Below are positions 24,316-38,967 of a DNA stretch of 64,000 nt, in pieces. The notes under the pieces are model-generated. The model was not told where the DNA came from and made no database searches. It saw only the letters and a list, made by a program, of their open reading frames with translations. How positions within the stretch are numbered: position 1 is the first letter of the stretch; the number at the start of each line of letters is the position of its first letter. The stretch is from Microbotryum violaceum (lineage: Eukaryota), in contig CDLV01000011.1 in assembly GCA_001244265.2 (NCBI GenBank), positions 1,612,001-1,676,000 of the forward strand, in the 5' to 3' direction. Both the position numbers and the translations under genes were made by a program.

Positions 24316-25456
24316 GATGGTGGATGTAGGCGTTGTCGAAAGAGTGAAGGGGTAATGTGCAAAGGAGCGGTGAATGGAAGAAGAGAAGAACTTGAAGGTC
24401 GTAAGCTGCTTGCTACCCCAGTTGAAGATGGGGAGTCAGGAGCGTCACCGAGCCGTGATGTGCGGGGTTTTGCCGCTGAAAAGAAAAGAGGCGACCGGAG
24501 CGCGCGAGGCAAGTGCAGGGAGCGGTTATGTCATAGGCTTGGGGAGGTGTTGAAAACTCAGGAAACGTCAGTCGGTTTTGGGGTATGGTGCGCCATGTTG
24601 ATCGGCGTACTACTCGCATAGCGCCCCGGCGCGAGTCCTACTGCCAAAACCATGCAAAGGTAGCCGGGCTAAGGTAGCCGGGCCGTCCAGCGACACCGTG
24701 CGCGCGCCGCCCTCCGAGGAGACGACGGTTGAGCCGGGGGATGATCCGATGGAGACTTGTACAGCCGTCGAGTCAATTGTTTGGGTAGAGTCTCGCGCTT
24801 GTTGTTCGGATACGCTAACCATTTGGTCAGTGAGAGCAGTCGACGCGTTCCGACGCGCGCACCACTACAATCTGTCTGGCTGGGTCACGTGAACCTCTGC
24901 TCTCAGGTCGCGCCCGCCTGAGGTCGGAGTGTGCAGGGTTGGTGGCAGGTGCCTCAAGTTCAGGTCCAAACGATCTCGAGAGATTTGCCCGAGAACTCGA
25001 TCCATGCTGGGTAAAACGTTCTCGGCGATTAGGCAGGATTTCACTTTTAGTGCGTTCGCTAACATCCTCAGGGGTTCGGGGGCCCGGCCGTGCTCGCTCC
25101 GAATGTCGGTCCCGACTCGGATCGGAGTTCGTCTCAGAGTAGGTGACAAATTCCCCAGGCGAGAATCCTCAGGCTTCTCGTCATATTTGACAGGTTTGAG
25201 ATCATTCCCAGTACAAGCGTAGCAGATTGAGTCGAACGTCGCTACTACTAAAGACTCTGCCGAGCATGACTGAGAACCTCTTCGACAAATCCGACGGTCT
25301 ACTATTAGTAACTGAGGACGCATGTCGTGCGCTCAGCTTCCCTCCGCCACCTTCGCACCCAGAAACGACCAGCCTATCCGTGGACGCATCTCAACCGCCT
25401 CCACAACATCGAAGACACCGTAGGATCAAAGCTCAAAGCAGTAGACACCACCAAGC

Positions 25457-26198
25457 ATGGCATCCCGAACTCCCGCACGCAACACGCTGGCAGCCTTGCC
25501 CCGCTCGCTTCGCATCGCGCCGTCGACGCCGATCACGCGAACGCATCTGCTCGCGCTGTACAAGGAACAACTGCGCGTCGCTTCCTCTTTTGGGTCGTAC
25601 AACTTCCGACAGTACTTCTTGCGTCGTACGCGTGACAAGTTCCGTTCCGAGTTGCCGAGTCTGCTCGATGCGGCGTACAATCCCTCGGCGATCGCTTCGG
25701 GTTCGAGCGCGGCTTCGTCCTCGTCTTCTACGTCGGCTGCTTCAACGAGTGCCTCGACAAACTCGTCCGCAAAAGCTACGAACCCCGTTGAAGCCACCAG
25801 TGAGGACAACTCGATCTACGCCCCGACAAGAACGGAAGCTTCGGCTGCGTCGTCGTCGTCTTCCACAACGACGACGCCCGAGACTCGCCTGAGGGAATGG
25901 TACGCCGAAACTTTGTCGGACCTGGCCGTCATGGCGCGAGCGGCGATCGTGAATGGCCTGTACGAGGCACCCAAGTTGGTCATTGAAGGGAGGGCCAAGA
26001 TGATGGTGACGGGTGGTGGTGGAGCAGGAGCCGACGCGAGGTGAGTCCCGACTCAAGCTGCGTCTCACTTCTGACGTTTTTCTGCTAGGAAGGGCACACT
26101 CCGTGCTGATACTTGTTTGATCTTGGGTTTCTAGCTACGGTGGAGGTGGACAACCTGCAAATGGTCAGGAAGGAGTTGCAGCTACGCCAGCGCAGTAG
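25457..26198 (+). CDS. ISD11: LYR-motif protein ISD11/LYRM4 (cysteine desulfurase partner)
   Basis: LYKEQLRVASSFGSYNFRQYFLRRTRDKFR ... LAVMARAAIVNGLYEAPKLVIE; one intron near the 3' end. Confidence 0.82.
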
Positions 26199-26542
26199 TA
26201 CGTCGTCACGTCACGCTTTTCGGACTCTTTGTGGCTCCCATCATAGAACGAGCTAGAGTTTGTCTGATAGTTGTTGCAACAATGGTATAAGCAAGTAACA
26301 ACCCGCCGCCTGTGGAGTCCCTGAGAGTCGGTTATGGCCTACGACAGAGTGCCCGAGGTTGGGAACGTTGCGTCGGGGTGTGGCCGCCGTTGGGTGCGGT
26401 GATGACAAATATCCGGCCTGCGATCGTGCGACTCCGGCGCGATGGCGAAGCGCCACATGAGGCAGCACGACGCTCCCTCGGCTTACCCCTGGCCCGCTTT
26501 ACCTTCCTACCTCCATCCCCCTCTCACCCCCGTAACTTTTTT

Positions 26543-27890
26543 AGTGAGCACAACACACCGCCTAAGACCTCAGGAACGCCAGGCTGACATGACGTTCTCT
26601 TGCAGTGCTCAAGCATTTCAAAGGCCTCTTCGCCGCTGCGACCGTCCACGCCTACACCGGACCGACTTTACCGACCGCGATCCAATCCCAACGCTCCCTA
26701 TCGACCATGTCTAGTTCCGAGACGGCCATCTTTGCCAATGGATGTGAGTTGATATCCCAACATTCTACGTGTGGGGCTGGAAGGGACAACTCCTTGCTTT
26801 AGCGGCTTCTACTACCCCACACGTTGGCCCCGATGACGTGAGCTTATGCGGATCGGCTCAAACACATCGGTCTTTTTTTGACTTGTCTGCAGGCTTCTGG
26901 GGAACAGAGGTGAGAAACAATACCAATCAGCGCGGAACTCGTCTATACGACGATGCTGTCACGCAGATTTGAATATTTGACTCCGGCTGCACCCGTTACT
27001 AACGCTTTTCGGACGTGGTTACGTTCCTACGCTCCCTGCAGCACATGTTCCGCAAGCACTTTATCGGTCAAGGCCTCAAGGATGCCAAAGTAGGATATAT
27101 TGGTGGCAAGACCTCGGTAGGTCGAGATGGACATCTGCAGAAACGCGTCTACCGTCCGCGCACTGAAACCGCCAAGCTAAAACTTTGCTTCTTTTCCTCG
27201 CCACACAAGAACCCGAGTTACCGCGAGGTGTGCTCGGGATCGACGCAACATGCTGAGGCGGTCAAGTTAGAGTACGTACCACCATCGAAGATCACAAGGG
27301 GATTTGATTGATCGCGATGCTGAACTTTTTTGAACCTCTCATCATCTCGTGCGTGTCGCATCGCAGATTCGACCCCTCGCAATTGTCGTACGCGACCCTC
27401 GTCGAGTTCCACTACCGCATGCATGATCCCAGTAAGTCGGAGGTAGTATAAGTGAAGTCGTTATTCACGGTGAAGTCAGGCTGAACCTTTCCCTTCTTTC
27501 ACCCTACAGCCCAGGTCGATCGCCAAGGTCCTGATCGTGGAACACAGTATCGATCGGCGATCTTCACCACTTCGGACGAACAAGCCGAGATCGCGAAAAA
27601 GGTGACCAAAGAGGTACAGGAAGCACATTTCCCGAATGACAAGGTCGCTACCAAGGTGAAGACGAATTCACTTCCTGCTGATTGCGTCCGGCGAAGGCTG
27701 ACAAAGTACTGCTGCTTTTAGATCGAGCCCGCCGGTCAATGGTGGGATGCCGAGACTTACCACCAAGAGTGTACGTCGACGCCTCTGAACGGATTGGCAA
27801 GCGACGAGAGCTCACTCCTCGTTTCTTTTCTTAGACCTTGACAACAACCCGGGAGGTTACGAGTGCCCGACGCACCGACTTCACTGGTAG
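26543..27890 (+). CDS. msrA: Peptide methionine sulfoxide reductase A (multi-exon)
   Basis: Spliced GCFWG, VGYIGG, NPSYREVCSGSTQHAE, RQGPDRGTQYRSAIF, AETYHQ.YL. Internal ATG at 26707; an upstream start would be formed by splicing. Confidence 0.92.
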
Positions 27891-28204
27891 AAACGATTAT
27901 AATATATTCTACTCTTTTGCTTTGATTTGACTCTCTCTGTCGTGTAGCCATTTGGAATGAAGATATGAAGCTTTCCATTATCGTTTCGCGAGACGAGTCT
28001 GAGGAAATTCGTTGTGAATATTTGGTTACTTCGGTAACTCTTCTTGTCCTCAGGTCCGCCCAACTGCTTCTCCAAATCCAAGACAAAAAAGTACGGATTG
28101 CAGTGTTGTAACAGTAATCACGTGCGAGATGAATGTGCGCTCGGACACCCTCCATTCGGAACAACAATCAAGATTCTTCAATTCTTCCTTCTCCAACTCA
28201 AAGC

Positions 28205-28999
28205 CTAAGCCGCGTTCGTCTCGGCCTGTACTTGTTGTTCGTATTGCTTTGGTGTAAGTGTTCGCTTTTGGAGGTAATGAAATCCATCACAGAGGTGATA
28301 TCAGCATTCGAGACCGTCTGAAACTCGAAACTTTAACCCGAAGCGACTGACCTGGGTGAAGGCGTGCAGTTCCGCGATAGCCGATTTGAGCTTCTCGTTG
28401 ACTGGGATTCGATCGGCGGGAAGGAGTTGACATTCCCCGGTATTGGTCAGTTCTCGTATGCTTGATAGCCCGTTCGTCTTGAGGGGTGCGATGTTGGGCG
28501 TGGAGATGACGTACCTTCGCGATGCCGTTTCAAGGTCGTCTTGCCTTCGAACGAAGCGCACACGATAAGGACTTCATATGACTGTAGACGGGGTTAAAAC
28601 CGAAGAGTGACCAGTGATTCAAACCGTTCTTGGGGAGAGCAGGGGAGAAGTTTCATGTCAGTACCTACAGCTCCGCAACCGCCTGCTCGTGCGATTCCCG
28701 GGGTTCACCATGGAACAGAGGATTGGAACGTCAGCTCTGATGGAAGCAGACCATTTGGTGAGTGAATTGGTTGAGCCAGCTACAACGCACCTGAGATATC
28801 CCAGACTTTCTATGACAGCTCAAGTCGCAGTTTCGGCGATCGTACAGCATAAGAGGACGGGTTAGCTCAAAGTCGAGACCCGGTACTTTACCCGAAGGAA
28901 ACTCGCTGGAGGTCCCCTTATGGAAGTACGTACAATGTGCGTTGCATCAGGGTACGACGCCTCGAGCGATGCCCGTAATGAAGTTTCGTCCACCGGCAT
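28205..28999 (-). CDS. BolA-family protein (Bol2/Fra2-like), multi-exon with microexons
   Basis: Spliced MPVDETSLRASLEASYPDATHI-KVWDISG-GCGA-SYEVLIVCASFEGKTTLKRHRE-VNEKLKSAIAELHAFTQ-RTLTPKQY. Confidence 0.85.
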
Positions 29000-29330
29000 A
29001 GTACCCACGAGGTTGAGAGAGGGGTAGAGAGTTTGAGAGCTAAGTAAGACGTCCGGAGGGGGAACTGGGAGCAACTACTAAGCTCGATTAGTAATCGCTT
29101 GTTCGCGCCCGAATTCACGTTTTGGCGCCTCGTCGTCATCCTTGTGCACAGGTCAGGAAACACTTTGAAGAAGCGCAGCGGCCTGCCCAGTCCCAGCCGG
29201 ATCGGGCTGATTGCCGATGTGATTTTGCGCCGCTTTCAACGGAGAAAAAGGAAAGCAATTCGAACGGCTAGAGTCCGAATGGCTGACCATGTAACGGTGT
29301 GCTTGCCATGATCTGAACGTCGCTGATGCC

Positions 29331-29337
29331 AAAAAAA
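29331..29337 (-). terminator. RNA polymerase III oligo-T terminator
   Basis: T7 on the minus strand directly after the tRNA. Confidence 0.85.
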
Positions 29338-29428
29338 TGATTCTGCACGGGATCGAACCGGGGACCTTATCCGAATCAGACGAGAAGATCTGTTAAGGAT
29401 ACGTGATAACCAACTACACCACAGAACC
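29338..29428 (-). tRNA. tRNA-Val(AAC) with 17-nt intron
   Basis: Mature sequence identical to 3625-3713; different intron (GATCTTCTCGTCTGATT) and different flanks. Confidence 0.93.
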
Positions 29429-29491
29429 GTGGTTCAATAACATCAAGGTCATGTTTGGCAACATTATAATCATTGTTTTTGTGGTTCAGCG

Positions 29492-31893
29492 GGGTGTTCT
29501 CGGAGCAGGATAAGCGTTTGGCGAAGCTTTTCAGTTTCGAACGCACCATCGCTGACATCTATGCGCGAGCCGAATACCCCGCAGCTCCAACGGTGCCCTG
29601 GACCCCTGAGAAGCATCCCCAAGGCGACGGCTCGGAGCTGTCCAACCTGTGGCAATGGAAGCGCGATCAAGTCCAGGCGTGGATCCAGGTCGCAGGCGAT
29701 CGCTTCATCCCGCCGCTTCCGCCTCCTGTTCCCGTCCTCGCACGTCGACCACCCGTCATTCGTGTCGTTGGAGCACCTGGAGCCCGGGCCGGCGGTCCCC
29801 TCGAGCACATCTTGCCCAGAGCGACTCCGGTCGGCATGCCTGATCAAAGACTTCCTCTCCCCTCCGCCCCCTTGCTTGCTAATCAGTGGAGAATGTTGAG
29901 CTTGGACAGACCTTACACCATTGCGCGACTTCGACGCGTCATCAACCATCGACGTTTCGACGACACACAACGCCCTGGATCACTCGCCACACCCAAAGAA
30001 AGGCGACTCTTCTGGGGGTGGTTCCACACCGGGCCCGCCACGGCCCGCGAGCGCGAGGTGCACTTCAAGCTGGCGTACCACTTCACGCCAACGCGGAAGC
30101 GCCAGTTTGTGCAGCGGCATGGCGACTCGGCCTGCTGCCTTGTGCAGGCATGCAGCCTGGCAGGGGTGGAGGATGACTTTACTCACTTTTGGCATGATTG
30201 CCCTGACTCTTCTCAATTTTGGCAAGCAGCTAGGTCCATTATCTGCGACGCGCTGGGGGTCGTGTCGATCCTCGACCTCGACTACACGGCACTTCAGATC
30301 GAGCACGGCCTCCCTCGACTGCGCGCTCGCCTTCCGACGTCGAAAAAGCGTCCAATCCGCGCCTTCATTGCGCTGGCGCTCGACACTCTCAGCAACCGAC
30401 GCTGGGATCTCCATCGCCACGCCAGAGCGATGTCGAGCATGGACAAGGAGATGGCGGGACTGAAGGAGAGGTTGGAGCTCAGATTGGCGCGATGAAGTAG
30501 ATGTCCCTCCCTCCCTATCCAAGCAAAAACCAAACCCCAAAAAATCACAAGTCCCTTTTCCCTCCTTCTCAATCTCCAAAATGTCTCCCAAACACGCCAG
30601 AATACTGAACCTGTTTTCTCTCGCTCTTTTTGCCATTCCTCCTCATAGGCTTCCGTACTCCCCAGGAGCCTCGGGTTCTTTGCGCCGGCGGGCATTGTCG
30701 CCCTTGGTTCGAGCTTCTGCCACATCACGATGACACACAGCGAAAACGGATCCCCTTGGCCCTCTCCTGGACTATATCGTGAGTTTTCCACTCCTCTCAA
30801 GGGCCGGGTCTGTCTTCTCTTTCGGTCGAGCGACCCCGTGATCTCCTGTTCAAGGCCGGCACAAACTGCCTGCGTGGCTCGCCTCTCCTTGCTTTGCTGC
30901 TCGCTCGGAGTCGCGGCCCCGCGGCGGGTGACTCGGGTACCGAACCGCCATACACATCCACACTCGAGCGAGGTCCCACCCAATGACATCACCGTCGTGG
31001 GCCTCATGCTCCTTCTTTCCCCAGTATCTGCGGTGATTGGGAACCACCTGCACGTACAAGGGGACTCGAGTGTGCGTTCCGAGATTGGGAGTACGCCGCA
31101 GGGAAGCGAGGCCCCTGCGGAAGGTATACCCCGCCCTTGTCTCCAGCCGCGCGCCGGTGTTGACGGCCACCCGCCCGCGCTGCACCCGACCGAGGCGTGT
31201 CCAATGGACTGTCACATGCTCCGTGACTTTCCCCGGAAATCTCTGGATTGTGTGTTTTTGTGCGAAGTAGGCCTGTTTCGCAGTTGCAGTCATTGGAATG
31301 GGGGTGATCTGGGGTCGTGCGGTCGCGAGGGGGGCCGACTTTGGTAACCGAAAAGGGGTTTGGAATCCGCGGTGGAGATCCAGCGCAGACGGGTACAAGG
31401 GGTATGTGATTGCTGCGGTCGCAGGGGGTTACATTCCCCTTTGGACCACGTGAATCATTTGGATTGAGCGGGATGTTTGTGCCATCGGAGGCCTTGTTCG
31501 ACGCGTCTCAAAGAATTAAGGGGCTTCAAGGAGTATGGCGGTCTCAGGGGGGGCTGAAGTCAAAAGATCGAAGAAGGTTCAACTGTACGACTATAATCGG
31601 ATTCGCCTGTACAACACATGTACCATCACCAACGACTCATCCATCTTTTCCCGATTCCTTGTGTATAATCTTCAACCTTCCTTTCATTCGTCTCTGGGAG
31701 GGAGCAACCGTGGGTGGGGGGACTTGAACTCGGATGTATCGGGTTGGTCTGTTCTGCTAGTTACAACGCATCAAGCGGCGGTTGTGGTCATCATCGTGCA
31801 TGCTGGGTAGCATCTCCTTTAGTTCCGTAGGGGGTTTTCTCGTCTTGCAAATTAGCGATGAGTTTCATACAAAAAAAAAAAAAAAAAAAAAAA
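29492..31893 (+). mobile_element. LINE family A, copy 2; heavily 5'-truncated; ORF2 C-terminus (to 30495), ~1.37-kb 3' UTR, poly(A) 31871-31893
   Basis: Near-identical to reverse complement of 1-1404; open frame through the CCHC motif; A23 tail. Confidence 0.92.
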
Positions 31894-32138
31894 CATCTCT
31901 CTTTCTCTCTCTCATTAGTCTCCTGGGGGGAGCAACCGCTTGGCTAGGGCATTTGAATCCGAATCTCGGATTGGTGGACTTGGCTCGTTTCTCGCACTTT
32001 TGCGGGCGGTTTGTGTTATCATCGTAGTCTTCCATCTAGTTTTTCCGTAGGCCAAAACAGGGGGAACAGGAACTGGGGGCAACATGATGAACGTTTTCTA
32101 CAAAAAAAAATCTACCAAAAAAAAAACAAAAAAAAAAA
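31894..32138 (+). mobile_element. 3'-terminal ~210 bp of a family-B-like LINE with stuttered A tail
   Basis: Aligns (roughly 85-90% by eye) to reverse complement of 60075-60290; ends TTCTAC-A9-TCTACC-A10-C-A11. Confidence 0.88.
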
Positions 32139-33456
32139 CGAAATTGTAATAAAGGCAAAGCTCGTACAATGCCATTGGTGCCAGCGGCATCCTCGTAGCA
32201 ATAAAATTGATCGCGGTAGAGCAGCTCAAAAATTGAAATGGAAAACGAGAACTCCTCCAGCTGTAGTCGTCATACGCACTTCTAGAAAAGGGGTTACTCA
32301 TCATTGGTTCTATATCGTTGCTTCTCCAGGTTTTTAGGTTGATGCATTGAGCGGTGCAATCGTCCTGCCGCCCTGGACGGTGTCGGCGCGTGATCGGCCT
32401 GCCCTCCGACAGGGGGTTTCTGGAAGAACCCCCCCTCCGATCCCCGAGCTTGACGTCAAAGCTCCTCCGCCTCCTCGATTTCTGGCTGACGCCCGGGTAA
32501 CTGGGTCGCTTACGTGTCTTTCCTGCGTTCTTGCTCTCCCAGAAATCTGATCTGGACGCCATACGTGAAGCGGACCCGAAGGCTGCCCGGCGTGCACCGG
32601 CAATTCTGCCCGCGAATCTGCCGGCTCGCGCGAGTGGAGGAAAGTGCCCGACACGACGTTCAACCCCCGGAACTCAAACTCCACGCGGCGCAAATATCCA
32701 CCGATCCCGTTTGGTTGTGGTGTCAAGAGCTCCAACGCAGTTAGCGGCTCTGCAGGTGACTGAAACGCACACGCCCCCCGGCGTTGCCCGGCGAGCAACT
32801 TGGGAGCTCGTCAGGGGGGTAGGGGGGGATGGGGGTTGGGAAATGCTGCGCATCACAGCTGTTTCCCAGCCCTTGCTGGCTGACCGTGTGAGTTGCCAAA
32901 TTAACAAATCTGAGAAAGGGATGTCAACCGTTCCTATGAACTTCAATTCGGAAATGGCAATCTGTCCAAGGAAATGTTGTGGGACAAATGTTGCAAGCTG
33001 AACAAAGGGGAGTATTCGACAAGTCCGCTCGCCCGTCACGAAGAGGAGCCGGCATGGGGTTATCACACCGATCCCTTTGCCATCTTAGCCGGTGCGCGAG
33101 GGGCCGTGTTGCACCGCTGAGACGAGTCAACGCTCCGATCAGTCAGCTACGTTCCGAACAAATCGGTCAGCTGATCGAACATTTAGCCGAGTAGTCCAAG
33201 TCTCAGCCTTTCTCGGAATGGCTTCCCCCACCCTTTTTTCCATGGAACGTCACAAAACGCCTCCTCGAACTCAATCAAATCCTTAATCCAGTGATCGTGT
33301 GACCGTTCGACCCCATAAGTAATCCACAGAGCCTCGCTAGGCTCTATAATGGCCCGTCCGGTCCCGCGAACACTTCTTTCCTTCATCTTCATCACCTCCA
33401 CTTTTCCTGGTCGTTCCCCCATCACATCCCTAACACGCCAAACAGGCAATACCAAG

Positions 33457-33881
33457 ATGCGATTCTCCCTAATTGTCCTTGCTACGCTCCTTGTCGGCTT
33501 CGCCGCGGCGGCGCCTGTCCTCCAAAGTGACATGTGAGCGCTTCCTTGGTAACTTCCTTCATCGACACACAAACGAGCTCAACGCGATTCCTATGGCCAT
33601 TCTACAGCTTCAAAGACACTCAGAAAGCCGATAGGGCACAAAATCTGGTCCATCGTCTCATGGTGCGAGTCAGTACTGTTTACAGCCAATGCACGCATAA
33701 CTGCGAGGACGAATACGCAAGATACAAAATGTAAGTCACCTCGCGTTTCTGATTATGTGCTGTGCCAAAACATTTCGCACTGCGTTATTTGACTCTGACT
33801 CGTCGCTTTCCTACTTCGCCTTGCAGTGGACCCTATGAGCTCATCGCCTGCAAAAAAGGCTGCCAGTCTGACGCGATTTGA
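33457..33881 (+). CDS. Small secreted Cys-containing protein (84 aa), effector candidate
   Basis: Exons 33457-33533, 33608-33730, 33827-33881 splice in frame: MRFSLIVLATLLVGFAAAAPVLQSDIFKDTQ...SQCTHNCEDEYARYKIGPYELIACKKGCQSDAI. Confidence 0.8.
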
Positions 33882-33910
33882 GATAGATACTGGAAAAGGC
33901 TACTTCATCT

Positions 33911-38585
<4,675 letters not shown>

Positions 38586-38967
38586 CATCTCGATTCTGAC
38601 CGGGTCATTCAGCGCTGGTCTGTCATCACTTGCCATCCTGTCACAGTCAGAGTTTTCGTTCGGGCACAACTCAAGGTCCAAACCTTTAGCCGCCGTTGAT
38701 CCGTTATCTCTTTTGTTTTGCCCCATCCGCGCCCAGAGTCTCTTTGCAATGAGTTTTACTTGCCCTTGAAGGAGTATATGAAGGAATGTTGGACTGGATC
38801 CGCGATTGACCTCTGCCTGAGTATCGGCCACTAAACATGGCTGCAGCCCACCCCTGCAGTTTATTCCAACATTGACCAAGTACATTACAACACTCTATTA
38901 CGCCCATACCAGTAACACATCTCGAAATACTACGGTGTCGTCTAAGGAGAAATAAATTTAGTTGGAC

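Noticed and set aside
3565-29492. Segmental duplication of one LINE+tRNA unit as the explanation for the two associations
   Set aside because: The tRNA introns, upstream spacers, downstream flanks and LINE truncation points all differ.
30850-31398. Antisense ORF in the LINE 3' UTR as a cargo gene
   Set aside because: Non-ATG start, no recognisable domain; cannot be supported from one copy.
29460-32160. Target-site duplication around LINE copy 2
   Set aside because: No repeat of the 5' flank found after either poly(A). Copy 1's 3' end is outside the window, so its TSD cannot be assessed.
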